From: Fibrobacteria bacterium
Lineage (GTDB): Bacteria > Fibrobacterota > Fibrobacteria > UBA11236 > JADFYW01
DNA: 64,000 nt
NCBI GenBank assembly: GCA_050294405.1
Contig: JBNKOC010000028.1
Span: 224,001 to 288,000, forward strand
Direction: 5' to 3'
Shown: positions 21,089 to 31,311 of the stretch, piece by piece
Position numbering within the stretch: position 1 is the first letter of the stretch
Layout: every line of letters starts with the position of its first letter
Notes under the pieces: generated by a model
What the model was told of the DNA's origin: nothing
What the model saw: only the letters and a program-made list of their open reading frames with translations
Databases searched by the model: none
Made by a program: the position numbers and the translations under genes

Positions 21089-21646
21089 ATGTATGCCTTT
21101 ATAATTTCATTGGCTATCGTGGCACTTGCTGAAATTGGGGATAAAACCCAATTGCTGACACTTATGTTAGCGGCAAGATTTAAAGCTCCGTTTTCCATTA
21201 GTCTGGGAATTCTGGTCTCCACAGTGGCTAACCACCTCCTGGCTGCCTGGATGGGGAGTTGGGCGAGTCGGTTTATGGGTGAAAAATGGGGTCCTGTCTT
21301 ATTGGGCCTTAGTTTTTTAGCCATGGCTATATGGATATTAATTCCCGATAAGCCAGAGACCGGAAAAAAGTCGCATACAAAATATGGGGTTTTTGTTGCT
21401 ACTGCCATCGCCTTTTTTTGGGCGGAAATGGGAGATAAAACTCAGCTTGCCACAGTCGCCCTTGCAGCAAAGTATGAGAACTTAATAACTGTGGTTTTGG
21501 GTTCGACTTTGGGAATGATGTTAGCCAACGTTCCTGTGGCCTATTTGGGAGATGGCCTTTCCAGAAAAATTCCCTTGGCCTATATCCGGTTTTCGACCAG
21601 CGCCATTTTTTTTATTCTGGCCGGTTTGGCCTTTTTTAAAATTTAA
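21089..21646 (+). CDS. TMEM165/GDT1 (UPF0016) Mn/Ca transporter
   Basis: Two motif copies, EIGDKTQ and EMGDKTQ. Confidence 0.93.
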   Translation: MYAFIISLAIVALAEIGDKTQLLTLMLAARFKAPFSISLGILVSTVANHLLAAWMGSWASRFMGEKWGPVLLGLSFLAMAIWILIPDKPETGKKSHTKYGVFVATAIAFFWAEMGDKTQLATVALAAKYENLITVVLGSTLGMMLANVPVAYLGDGLSRKIPLAYIRFSTSAIFFILAGLAFFKI

Positions 21647-22617
21647 TCCGGAACATTCCACAAAAAGTTTTTTGTTTTTAAAAATGCAGACACTTGTCTT
21701 GCGCTTTGCTGCGCTTTCCTTTCTACTGCTTCTTCAGTATTAAAGGCGTTGTGTGGAGTTAATATAACATCTTGTCGTTTTTGCAATTCGAAAAGGGCTT
21801 GCAAAGCCTTAGTCTTTGGTTTTTTATTGTTTCTTAAAGCAGCGCCTAAAATTTTTTCCTCTGGGTAAACATCAAGGCCCACTCCTGACAATTTGCCTTT
21901 TTTTAAAAGTTTTAAAAGCTGCCCCAGGGGTGATAGCTCCCCTCGGCTTATGTTAATAAATATTGGCGCTTTTTTGCATTTTAGCAGTTTCTCATAACTA
22001 AAATAACCTTGGTTTTTCTCGGTTAAATTCATGGCGCTTACAATAATATCTGCTTTTGAAAGCAGGGAACTAAAAGTTTTATAACACACCTCTTTATGCC
22101 TTTTCACAATATCCACTCCATATACATTCATACCCAGGCTTTGGGACATTTTATATAATTCAAAGCCGATGTTTCCCACACCAACAATAACCATGGTCTT
22201 ACCCAAAATTTCTTTTCCCGTAATGCCGTCCCTGTGGAAGGTTGAAAACTGCGAGCTTTGCTGGGGTAGTTTTCGATAGAGGCTAAGTAACATAAGCAAA
22301 GCTTGTTCGGCAACGGCCCGCTTGCAATAAAGAGGAAGATAAGCAAGTTGGGCTTTAGTTTGGCTGCCTAAGCGATAGGCGGTCAAATGATCATAACCAG
22401 TACTGCGGGAAAGAATAGCCTTTAGCTGTGGTCCCCAGTTTAAGGGGATTTGAGATTGGGTTCGGGTGCTGATTAATGTTGCAGGCGGGAGCTTGTGGCC
22501 GGATTCCTGCAAACTGTTTTTTATATATAAAGCTTTTATACTTGAGGGTAAAAACTTTTGAATGGCTCTGGCCTCTTCGGCAAAGGCTTCATAAAAAACA
22601 ACATCATATTTATTCAT
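21643..22617 (-). CDS. D-isomer-specific 2-hydroxyacid dehydrogenase
   Basis: RSTGYDH, GVGNIG, INISRG, LDVYPEE, TPHNAF. Confidence 0.9.
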   Translation of the reverse strand: MNKYDVVFYEAFAEEARAIQKFLPSSIKALYIKNSLQESGHKLPPATLISTRTQSQIPLNWGPQLKAILSRSTGYDHLTAYRLGSQTKAQLAYLPLYCKRAVAEQALLMLLSLYRKLPQQSSQFSTFHRDGITGKEILGKTMVIVGVGNIGFELYKMSQSLGMNVYGVDIVKRHKEVCYKTFSSLLSKADIIVSAMNLTEKNQGYFSYEKLLKCKKAPIFINISRGELSPLGQLLKLLKKGKLSGVGLDVYPEEKILGAALRNNKKPKTKALQALFELQKRQDVILTPHNAFNTEEAVERKAQQSARQVSAFLKTKNFLWNVPD

Positions 22618-22663
22618 AGGGAAAAAAGAAGTTTTTCCCTAATTTTATGCAAGGAACTTTAAC

Positions 22664-23524
22664 TCAAACAGGTTGAGCGATGTTGGAATTAGGCAGCTTG
22701 ACCATTACAGACTTAAGTTTTGAGAGAGCTGTTTCCTTAATTTGCCGGACTCTTTCTTTTGATAAGTTTATGGACTCGCCTATTTGCGCCAGGCTCATGT
22801 TTTTGTGATCATGCAGGCCAAAGTAGGCTTCCAACACGGCGCTTTCCCGTTCGTCCAGGCAAGAAGAAGCCCGCTGAATATGCAGGTTCATTTCCTTTTG
22901 TTCCAGCTCGTCAAATGGGCTCGCTTCCCCAGAGGATAGGGTTTCTGCAAGCTGCCTGCCTTCATTGTCCGAGATGGGGCTGTCAAAACTGAGAACGGGT
23001 TCGGTGAGTTGGAATATGGGTGCCAGCTCATCAGGGTTTTCACCTAATTTTTTGGCCAGACTTTCCCAATCCGGTCCCATTCCACCGATGTATGACTTGA
23101 TGGGGACGGAATGTTTAAAAATTTTCCGAATTTTTTCTTCTTTATTCGATGCCAATCGCACCAGTCGGCTTTGATTAAAAATAGTGTAGCGAATGCTTTG
23201 GCGAATCCACCAAACAGCATAGGTAATAAACTTGTTGTCTTTTTTTGGATCCATGCGCTTTGCGGCTTCAATGAGCCCTAGGTTTCCTGCGCTGATAATA
23301 TCTTCAATTTCCATCCCCTGATTGCGGTATTTATAGGCGATTTTAATTACAAACAATAAATTGGAGCGAACCAATAAGTTAACGGCTGCCTCTGAACCCT
23401 CTTGCACTTTTTGAATAATAAATTTCTCCACTTCCGGCCTTAAAGGCGGATATTTGCGTGCCTCTTTGATGTACTGCTGGAGTAAATTTTTTTTAGGTGA
23501 AAAAAAACTGTAAATCATTGGCAT
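22664..23524 (-). CDS. Sigma-70 family (RpoD/RpoH-like) alternative sigma factor
   Basis: SNLLFVIKIA, GNLGLIEAA, KFITYAVWWIRQ, LSKERVRQI. Confidence 0.92.
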   Translation of the reverse strand: MPMIYSFFSPKKNLLQQYIKEARKYPPLRPEVEKFIIQKVQEGSEAAVNLLVRSNLLFVIKIAYKYRNQGMEIEDIISAGNLGLIEAAKRMDPKKDNKFITYAVWWIRQSIRYTIFNQSRLVRLASNKEEKIRKIFKHSVPIKSYIGGMGPDWESLAKKLGENPDELAPIFQLTEPVLSFDSPISDNEGRQLAETLSSGEASPFDELEQKEMNLHIQRASSCLDERESAVLEAYFGLHDHKNMSLAQIGESINLSKERVRQIKETALSKLKSVMVKLPNSNIAQPV

Positions 23525-23569
23525 TCCCTCTCGTATTCAAATATTGATGTTTATCAATATTTTGTATTT

Positions 23570-23851
23570 TTACCTCAAATAATCATCCGCAGGAACATCG
23601 GTGCGTGCTCCGGCATTTTTTAAATATCGCATGGTTTCTAAATGTCCGTTAGTTGAAGCAGCCAGATATGGTGTCCACCCCTCCTCGTCCACAGCATTGA
23701 TGTTAGCCCCCTTTTGCAATAGTTTTTGCACCTTATGTGTGTCGCCGGATTTAGCTGCTCTAATCAGCTCAATGTTTTTATTGCTGCTGGAGCAATTAAT
23801 AAACAGCAACCCCACTGCTGCCGCCATCCAAAGTTTTCCCTGAATTTTCAT
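23570..23851 (-). CDS. Small ankyrin-repeat lipoprotein
   Basis: LLFINC lipobox-like signal; LIRAAKSG..GANIN..GWTPYLAA..GH. Confidence 0.85.
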   Translation of the reverse strand: MKIQGKLWMAAAVGLLFINCSSSNKNIELIRAAKSGDTHKVQKLLQKGANINAVDEEGWTPYLAASTNGHLETMRYLKNAGARTDVPADDYLR

Positions 23852-24363
23852 TTAGCGCCGCCGATTAAAATTTTCCCTACCTACCAGACAGTTTAATTTT
23901 ACCACCAGTATTCCCCGTTATTCTTTAAATAAATGACCGAAAAAAAATCTGAATTGAGGATCTTGGGAAAATGAAAACCCAAAAACTCAAAAAGGACATA
24001 CCAAAAAATTCAAATATTTAAGAATCCCAAAAATTCTGTGAAGCCTATTAAGGTCTTATGGCAAGGGCACTAAGGGGTAGTTAGATGGCAGAAAAAACTT
24101 TTAAAAAATTTTATTTCCAGAAAAATTCGAATTCTGAAGATTTGTTATGATAACGGATTCTAAGTTCTGTAAATTTGTGCTTTACATTCCCTGATGTTGC
24201 GGATCTTTTTTTGTGTTAAGCTGACGAAATGGCAAAATTTTGCTGATGAAATGGGAGTGATGTTCGAAACAAATTGGATTCAGAATTAATTTTAAGATAG
24301 ATTCCAGTTATGCCTATAAATGTTACTAAATTGTAAACTGAAAATGAGTTAAAGGAGTATGTA

Positions 24364-25212
24364 ATGGGTGAGGCAAAAATTTTAGATGGCAAATCTCTGG
24401 CAAAATCCATTGAAGCAGATTTAAAAATACGCGTTGAAAAAATATTAGCAGCTAATGGTGGCCAGGTTCCCATTTTAGCTACCATTTTAGTGGGAGATGA
24501 TCCAGCCTCTGCCACCTATGTCAATATGAAGGGCAATGCCTGCCGTAGGGTGGGTATGGATTCTAAAAAAATAATTATGGATAAAAATACAAGCACCGAA
24601 GAACTGTTGGCTGAAATTGAAAAACTCAATACAGACCCCAATGTTCATGGTATTTTACTCCAACACCCTGTGCCCTCGCAAATCGACGAACGCCTTTGCT
24701 TCGATGCTATTTTGGGCTCTAAAGATGTGGATGGTGTCACATGCTTGGGTTTTGGCCGTATGAGTATGGGAGAGCCCGCCTATGGTAGCGCTACTCCTGC
24801 GGGCATTATGAAAATTCTAGAGCATTACCAAATTCCTCTGGAAGGCAAGCATGCAGTGGTGGTGGGCCGGAGCGCCATTCTTGGGAAACCCATGGCTTTG
24901 ATGCTTTTGAACAAAAATGCCACAGTGACCATCTGCCATTCCCGTACACAAAATTTAGCTGAGATTGTAAAACAGGCCGATATTGTGGTTGGCGCAGTGG
25001 GTAAACCAAGGTTTATCCAGGCAGATTGGGTTAAAGAAGGGGCTGTTTTGGTTGACGCAGGTTATCACCCCGAAAAATGTGGGGATATTGATTTGGAATC
25101 AGCTATTTCTAAATGTTCTGCTTATACTCCTGTGCCTGGGGGCGTGGGGCCTATGACCATTTGCACGCTTATTACACAAACTGTGGAAGCTGCAGAAAGT
25201 TCTCTGAAATAA
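24364..25212 (+). CDS. folD: Bifunctional methylene-THF dehydrogenase/cyclohydrolase
   Basis: [37 protein letters not shown]. Confidence 0.96.
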   Translation: MGEAKILDGKSLAKSIEADLKIRVEKILAANGGQVPILATILVGDDPASATYVNMKGNACRRVGMDSKKIIMDKNTSTEELLAEIEKLNTDPNVHGILLQHPVPSQIDERLCFDAILGSKDVDGVTCLGFGRMSMGEPAYGSATPAGIMKILEHYQIPLEGKHAVVVGRSAILGKPMALMLLNKNATVTICHSRTQNLAEIVKQADIVVGAVGKPRFIQADWVKEGAVLVDAGYHPEKCGDIDLESAISKCSAYTPVPGGVGPMTICTLITQTVEAAESSLK

Positions 25213-25301
25213 ACCTTTTTTTTGCTATTTTGGTAATAGACTCGGCCATCTCCTTATTGGAATTCCAAAAGAGAGAAGCTCAAAATTTTTGGGAGGGTAC
25301 C

Positions 25302-26435
25302 ATGTTGGTAAGGACTTTATTTTTATGCCTGGGGATGACAGGAATTGGCTTTAGCCAAAAGATGTTAATTATTCCTCAACCCAAGCAATCAGAAGCTTCT
25401 ACTCAAACGGAAACAGAAACGGTGGAGGTTTTGGAAAACTCAGAAGGTTCCATGCAAAGAACCATTACTCATTCTTCGTTTGATCCGGAAACTTCCGATT
25501 TTTTGTTAAAAGAAACTCTTACAGAAAAATTTTCGGGAGAGGTAGTTATGGGGGGAGAGGAACATTCTTCTTGTCAGGACAAACAATGCGCTATTGAATT
25601 GGGGATAAAAGAAAATGCCCAATTTGTGGTTTATTCAGGCTCCCGGCCATTGGGCACCAAAGTTGTATTTAGCGCCACCAAAGTAGATGTAAAAAACAAA
25701 AGCGCGAACAACCAAAGAATTACCGCCAGTTCAGTGGAAGAATTGGATGATGTAATTATAAGGGTTTGCGATGCCCTGATTGCTGATAAACATGTTAAAG
25801 AAGTAGCGAGCCTGGATAATGTGGTAGATAAGGAAAATGAAAAAATTGCAAAACGCCGGGAAACCTATTTCAAAAAAGGGTTTACACTTGGCTATCTATA
25901 TCCCATGAACGACTCCTATTTTCAAATGGATTGTGGGTATAATCAAAACCAATACGAGTGCGATGATCACTATTCCCAAATGATATATATAAACTTCATG
26001 ACTATGTATGAGTTTCATAATAATTTGGCTTTGGATGTGGACTTGAATTTTGCTATTCCATCAGATATCGGAGCGGATGCCAATTTGCTTTATTTTCCCA
26101 ACAGAACAGATTTTTCTCCATTTTTTGGGGGAGGTTTAGGGATGCACTGGGTAGGGGAGGTTGGAAAATCCGGTTCTGATGTGAGAAGATCCGGCCCGGC
26201 AACAAACCTACAACTGGGAATGATGTTTTTTAGAACCTATACTTTGAACTTGGTGATTCGGGGAAAATACCAAATGGTTTTTAACAGCAATTACGATAAT
26301 GGCCCTATTCTTGAGGTGGGAGTTATCCACCACAATAAAAATCAAGGAAAAAGCTCTGGTTGGGGTTGGACCTTTTTGAAATATTACCTGGCTTTTGCTT
26401 TAGTGATGACAGCCATTGGGGCGGCTGCGGATTGA
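25302..26435 (+). CDS. Exported protein: CsgG/TolB-N-like domain plus probable beta-barrel
   Basis: GGAGG RBS before ATG 25302, signal peptide, CQDKQCAIELG motif, SPFFGGGLG beta-strand pattern. Confidence 0.5.
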   Translation: MLVRTLFLCLGMTGIGFSQKMLIIPQPKQSEASTQTETETVEVLENSEGSMQRTITHSSFDPETSDFLLKETLTEKFSGEVVMGGEEHSSCQDKQCAIELGIKENAQFVVYSGSRPLGTKVVFSATKVDVKNKSANNQRITASSVEELDDVIIRVCDALIADKHVKEVASLDNVVDKENEKIAKRRETYFKKGFTLGYLYPMNDSYFQMDCGYNQNQYECDDHYSQMIYINFMTMYEFHNNLALDVDLNFAIPSDIGADANLLYFPNRTDFSPFFGGGLGMHWVGEVGKSGSDVRRSGPATNLQLGMMFFRTYTLNLVIRGKYQMVFNSNYDNGPILEVGVIHHNKNQGKSSGWGWTFLKYYLAFALVMTAIGAAAD

Positions 26436-26455
26436 CCGCAGCCTATTTTGTAAAA

Positions 26456-27367
26456 TTAAACGAGCACCGCAGAGCTTTCTTTTTCTTCTGAAAGCAAAGT
26501 ATTATACAAATCAAAAGCCTTTTCTACAGATTCGTTTTCGTGCACTATGGCTCTAACCGCTTTAATCATGGAAACTGGAGATTCCGATTGGAAAATATTT
26601 CTGCCCATGTCTACACCTGAAGCGCCCTCTTGGATGGCATTGTAGGCCATACTTAAGGCTTCTTTCTCGGGAAGTTTTTTTCCTCCCGCAATAACCAAGG
26701 GAACCGGGCAGGCTGAAGTTATGGTGTCAAACTCTTCATGGGTATAGTAACACTTTACCATATGGCATCCCAATTCAGCCATAATTCGAGTGGCCAGTCT
26801 AAAGTATTTAGGCGTACGTTCCATGTTAGTGCCTACGGCCACAACTCCCATTACCGCAATTCCGTAACGGTTGGCATCATCGATTAAGCGGGTGAGGTTT
26901 TGAATGGTTTGGCCTTCAAATTCACTTCCAATAAAAACTTGTACCGCAAGCACGCTGGCATTTAAGCGTAAAGCTTCTTCGATGGAACAGGCTAAGTTTT
27001 CATTGGGTAGGTTGTCGGGCCTGGCCATACTAGTTCCCCCGGAAGCTCTCAAGGCAATGGCTTTTTGGGTGCTGGCAGGAATAATGCTTCTTTGAATGCC
27101 TCTTGTTAGCATTAGACAATCACAATATGGCTCCAGGGGAAGTATGCTTTGGTCCACTCTTTCCAGACCGGTGGTGGGGCCCTGAAAATAGCCATGATCA
27201 AAGGCTAACATAATGGTTTTTCCAGATTTTGGATTAAAAACCTTGGCCAATCTATTCTGAAGCCCCCAGTCGTATTGGTGAAGGCCCTTAAGAAAAAATT
27301 CGGGTTTGTTTTGCGGTACGTCGCTGTAAAAATGTTTTAACTGTTTTTCACCATCTAAATCTGCCAT
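26456..27367 (-). CDS. lsrF: LsrF-family class I aldolase/thiolase
   Basis: DWGLQNRL, LAFDHGYFQGPTTGLER, VIAGGKK, GVDMGRNIFQ. Confidence 0.88.
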   Translation of the reverse strand: MADLDGEKQLKHFYSDVPQNKPEFFLKGLHQYDWGLQNRLAKVFNPKSGKTIMLAFDHGYFQGPTTGLERVDQSILPLEPYCDCLMLTRGIQRSIIPASTQKAIALRASGGTSMARPDNLPNENLACSIEEALRLNASVLAVQVFIGSEFEGQTIQNLTRLIDDANRYGIAVMGVVAVGTNMERTPKYFRLATRIMAELGCHMVKCYYTHEEFDTITSACPVPLVIAGGKKLPEKEALSMAYNAIQEGASGVDMGRNIFQSESPVSMIKAVRAIVHENESVEKAFDLYNTLLSEEKESSAVLV

Positions 27368-27392
27368 AATATTCTCCTTTGAATCAAATTAT

Positions 27393-28046
27393 TCAGGCTT
27401 TTGCCTGGATATGCTGATGAGTGTAATCGTTCATAAATTTTAAAATAAGATACATAGATATGGATCCGGGGTCGGGATGACCTATGGAGCGCTCACCCAG
27501 GGTTTTTGCTTTGCCAGTGGTGGCAATAAAATTTTTGGTATTCTCCATTCCTTCCTGGGCGGCTTTGGCAATTTGGGATAAATATGTTTCTAATACTGTT
27601 ACTTTGGAGTCTTTTGCCGCATTAAGGGCGGGCAAAAGAGCATCAATCATGGTCTTATCCCCAGCTTTAGCCTTTCCCCTGTCTATTACAGCTTGCAAGC
27701 CTTCTTCCAACCAACATTCCACGGCTGATGTATCCCATGTGCTGGCATCGGAAAGGCTGGTTGCGGCGGCTTTAAAAAAACTGCCAAAAATAGCTCCGGC
27801 TGCTCCACCAATGCTCATCATTAGCGCCATACCAATTGTCTTTAATTGCTCTCCAATCGAATTAAATTCCTGGGTCTCGAGTTTAGCTATAACGGCCTCA
27901 AAGCCCCTGGCCATGCCAATGCCGTGGTCCCCATCTCCAATAGCCTGGTCCGCTTTAGTTAACTCATCTTTCTTTTCAACCATGCTTTTGGCGATAAACA
28001 AAAACATGTCTTTACTTTCCAAAAGATTTATCGATGTTGTTTCCAT
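27393..28046 (-). CDS. dhaL: Dihydroxyacetone kinase-family L subunit
   Basis: DQAIGDGDHG, GDKTMIDAL, GHPDPG. Confidence 0.9.
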   Translation of the reverse strand: METTSINLLESKDMFLFIAKSMVEKKDELTKADQAIGDGDHGIGMARGFEAVIAKLETQEFNSIGEQLKTIGMALMMSIGGAAGAIFGSFFKAAATSLSDASTWDTSAVECWLEEGLQAVIDRGKAKAGDKTMIDALLPALNAAKDSKVTVLETYLSQIAKAAQEGMENTKNFIATTGKAKTLGERSIGHPDPGSISMYLILKFMNDYTHQHIQAKA

Positions 28047-28049
28047 ATG

Positions 28050-29078
28050 TTATCTCTTTGTAAATCCAAATGAAGATGCGGGCATGTCGTAATATTTTTT
28101 TAATTCGGGGTCCAGTTTTAAAAGGCTTATGGAAAATCCCGCCATTTCCTGACAGGTAACATAACTCCCGATATCTGTATTGTGAATTAAAATACCTAAG
28201 TCCTTCAGATAACTTTGCAGTTTTCGATTGACTATTAGACACTCCATCATGGTTGTGGAACCTAAATTGTTAATAAGCGCAACCACCTCATCTCCTTTTT
28301 TAAAGGGTAGGTCTGCTATTATTTTTTCCAGCATGCTTTCCGTAATTTGGTCAGCCGTAGACATCTTTTGCCTGAGAACCCCTGGCTCCCCATGCACACC
28401 CATGCCAATTTCAATTTCATCATCAGGAAGGACAAAGGTGGGCTCCCCTGTTTCAGGAATGGAACCTGCGGAAAGCGCTACTCCCATGGAACGCAAATTT
28501 TCCCTGGCTTTTTCGGCGACCCGTACCACTTCTTCCAGTGATGTTAATTCTGCAGCAGCAGCCCCCACAATTTTAATCATATATAAATCTCCGGCAATCC
28601 CACGTCGTTCTTCAATATTATCAGGTCCGGCTGAGGCCACATCATCCCAAATTCGAATGGTCTTTACATTGATATTTTCTTCTGCAGCCATTTCTGCGGC
28701 AATATCAAAGTTCATGTTATCACCAGCATAGTTCCCATACAGGTATAAAACACCGTTGCCTTTGTTTACAGCCCTGGTGGCTTCCAGGATAATGTCTGGG
28801 GTCGGTGCCGCAAAAATATTTCCGCAGGCAGCCCCATCTCCCATGTTATCTCCTACGAATCCATGGAACAAGGGCTCATGGCCACTGCCACCTCCAATTA
28901 GAAGCCCCACTTTCCCCTCGGGAATGCCGGTTTTTACGAAGGCGTTTACTCCGGGAAGTAACTTAACTTTTCCATGGTATGAGGCAACCAAGCCTTCTAA
29001 CATTTCAGGGACCACATTTTTCGGGTCGTTTAAAACTTTTTTTATGGGTTTTACCGTGGATGCCGTTTCCAAAATCAC
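28050..29078 (-). CDS. dhaK: Dihydroxyacetone kinase-family K subunit
   Basis: GGGSGHEP, NYAGD, RRGIAG, GMGVHGEPG. Confidence 0.9.
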   Translation of the reverse strand: MILETASTVKPIKKVLNDPKNVVPEMLEGLVASYHGKVKLLPGVNAFVKTGIPEGKVGLLIGGGSGHEPLFHGFVGDNMGDGAACGNIFAAPTPDIILEATRAVNKGNGVLYLYGNYAGDNMNFDIAAEMAAEENINVKTIRIWDDVASAGPDNIEERRGIAGDLYMIKIVGAAAAELTSLEEVVRVAEKARENLRSMGVALSAGSIPETGEPTFVLPDDEIEIGMGVHGEPGVLRQKMSTADQITESMLEKIIADLPFKKGDEVVALINNLGSTTMMECLIVNRKLQSYLKDLGILIHNTDIGSYVTCQEMAGFSISLLKLDPELKKYYDMPASSFGFTKR

Positions 29079-29091
29079 CTCGATGTTAATT

Positions 29092-31059
29092 TTAAATTAT
29101 TCTGTCATTTCCCCCGTCAATGGGGATTTGGGCGCCTGTTGTTTTAAGAAAAGATTTACCGGCCAGCACGCTTACCAGTTCACCAACATCATTGGATGTG
29201 ATTTCTGTTTTCATTAAATTTTTTCTTTTGTATTCGTCCACCGTTAGTCCATACCTTTGGGCACTGCGCTTTAACACATCAGGTGTCCATAGCTCAGTGT
29301 CAAACACGGCATCAGGATGGATAATATTCACTCGAATTCCATGAGGAGCTAACTCCAATGCTGCCACTCTGCCCAGTTGGGTGAGCCCTGCCTTGGCTAC
29401 AGAATAAGCAGCCGCCCCCGGGCCAGGCGCATGGACATTGCGAGAGGCTACAATAATAATGCTGGGTTCAATCCCCAGTTTTAAATAGGGAATGCTGGCT
29501 TGCATTAACTTTTCAGCTGCGGTTAAATTGAGTTTTAGGCTTTTATCCCAAGAGTTATCCTCGATATTTTCAATGTATTGACCTGCCGTAAAGATTCCGG
29601 CGTTATTAATCAAAATATCAAGCCCGCCAAATTGTTCCACAGTGAAGTCTATTGCTTCTTTAATGCTTACAGATTCGTTTAAATCGCAAACAAAGCCTAA
29701 CTCCCGGTCGCTGTTAAAAATATTTTTGACTTCGGGGTTAATATCAAGGCCTACCACGGCACAGCCATCGGCCCATAATTTTTTGGCTATGGCTTTGCCA
29801 ATTCCAGAAGCAGCTCCTGTTACCAAGGCGATTTTCCCATTATGGGCTGAGTTTGTAGAAGCTTTTTTAAGTTTTGCCTGTTCAAGCTCCCAATATTCTA
29901 TTTCAAATAGTTGTTTTTCATTTAAAGGCAGCCAACCCCCAATTTGCTCACCTTTCCAGATGGATTGCACTGTTTGCTCGGCAATATCCATAACTATTTT
30001 CGCCTCTTTTGGGGAAGTTCCAAAACTAAGTAAACCCTTACCCGGCCAAACAGCATAGCGGGGAGCTAAGTCCAGACATTGCAAACCATTTGTTTTATTT
30101 CGGTTAAAATAGTCCTCGTATTCTTTAGCGTAGTTTTTGGCGCAGTCCTTAATATTTGTATCCATGAACATGGGCGATTTTTTCGTGCGAATAACATGAT
30201 CCGGGGTTAGTGTCCCCCGGGAGATCCAATTTTTAGCATTTTTTTCTTTGCTAAAGCCCACCATTGGCCCTTCCCGATTCCATAAACAATAACATGGCTT
30301 TTTTCTAATCTGGGAAATTTCCAATCGGATTTCAGCTAGTTCAAGCAGGTTTTTTTCTGACTCGACCTGAGCCAAGGGTTTTGAATTTTTAACCAGGTAA
30401 TTTTCGGCAAGACTAACCAGTTTTATCATGCGCTCATAACTTTCTTTTGCGCTATCCCCAAAAGTAAAAATGCCGTGGTTGAGTAAAACAATTCCTTCCA
30501 CTTTTTTTATTTGAATTTTCGCCATTAAATCTTGCATGGCTTTGGCCAGCACGAAACCGGGCATAACATAGGGCAAAACGGCAATTTTGGAACCGTAAAC
30601 TTCCTCTAAAATTTTAAGAGCTGAAGGGTTATTGGTTATGGTTACAACCGAATCGGAGTGGGTGTGGTCTACAAATTTATAAGGAATTAGAGCGTGGACA
30701 ATAGCCTCAATGGATGGGTTAGGGGCCTTCGCATCAATCATGCTGATTCTTTGAAAATCAACCATATCGCTGTCGCTGAGGCTTTCCCTGCTAGCCAATT
30801 GCAGCAAGGCCTCTAGTTTAACCGGGGCAAAGCCCTCTTTTTCAATGGTTGCCAAATCCCATCCAGATCCTTTAACATACAATACATCGATGTCATTGGA
30901 ACTAAGAGGGTCTTTGGCGGTTATTTTGACAGAAGTGTTGCCTCCCCCATGAAGGACAAGGGAGGGCTCTTGTCCCAGTAATCTAGAGCTATAGACCCTT
31001 AGCGCTAATAAATCCTCAGAGAACTTTGAGGCGTCCCCTTCATTCCACAAGCTTTTCAT
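29092..31059 (-). CDS. Bifunctional class II aldolase/short-chain dehydrogenase (RhaD/YuxG-like)
   Basis: LHGGGNTS, KGSGWDL, PSIE, DHTH, TPDH; TGAASGIG, NNAG, YSVAK. Confidence 0.9.
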   Translation of the reverse strand: MKSLWNEGDASKFSEDLLALRVYSSRLLGQEPSLVLHGGGNTSVKITAKDPLSSNDIDVLYVKGSGWDLATIEKEGFAPVKLEALLQLASRESLSDSDMVDFQRISMIDAKAPNPSIEAIVHALIPYKFVDHTHSDSVVTITNNPSALKILEEVYGSKIAVLPYVMPGFVLAKAMQDLMAKIQIKKVEGIVLLNHGIFTFGDSAKESYERMIKLVSLAENYLVKNSKPLAQVESEKNLLELAEIRLEISQIRKKPCYCLWNREGPMVGFSKEKNAKNWISRGTLTPDHVIRTKKSPMFMDTNIKDCAKNYAKEYEDYFNRNKTNGLQCLDLAPRYAVWPGKGLLSFGTSPKEAKIVMDIAEQTVQSIWKGEQIGGWLPLNEKQLFEIEYWELEQAKLKKASTNSAHNGKIALVTGAASGIGKAIAKKLWADGCAVVGLDINPEVKNIFNSDRELGFVCDLNESVSIKEAIDFTVEQFGGLDILINNAGIFTAGQYIENIEDNSWDKSLKLNLTAAEKLMQASIPYLKLGIEPSIIIVASRNVHAPGPGAAAYSVAKAGLTQLGRVAALELAPHGIRVNIIHPDAVFDTELWTPDVLKRSAQRYGLTVDEYKRKNLMKTEITSNDVGELVSVLAGKSFLKTTGAQIPIDGGNDRII

Positions 31060-31271
31060 TTCCGGGAACCTTTAAAAATCGCCCTCGCGATTTGATATAT
31101 CGTAGTTTTTGTCCTCAAAATAGTCATTACAAATTCCATTTGTTTCCTTTAAACACGATAAACATCTGCATTTAGGCTTCTGGGTTCCCCTGCCTGCGCC
31201 TTGTCTGAGGTCGCGATTGTCAATTTTTAGAGGCTCCCGTGTTTGCCTTTTCCAAGGGAAAATATAAATAT

Positions 31272-31294
31272 ACTTCCCATAAAATATGGGAAGT
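31272..31294 (-). terminator. Hairpin after the isomerase gene
   Basis: ACTTCCCATA-AAA-TATGGGAAGT perfect stem with an AT-rich tail. Confidence 0.5.
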
Positions 31295-31311
31295 TATGGA
31301 GTTAATAAACA

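Noticed and set aside
24243..24315. Hammerhead-like CTGATGA...CGAAAC
   Set aside because: Stem II lacks the closing pair, and no stem I/III with a valid NUH site can be built
31170..31260. Minus-strand GGAAAAGGCAAAC suggesting a c-di-GMP-I riboswitch, or a REP-like repeat
   Set aside because: No GNRA-capped P2 or GACGCAAAGC core, and no clear second copy in the window
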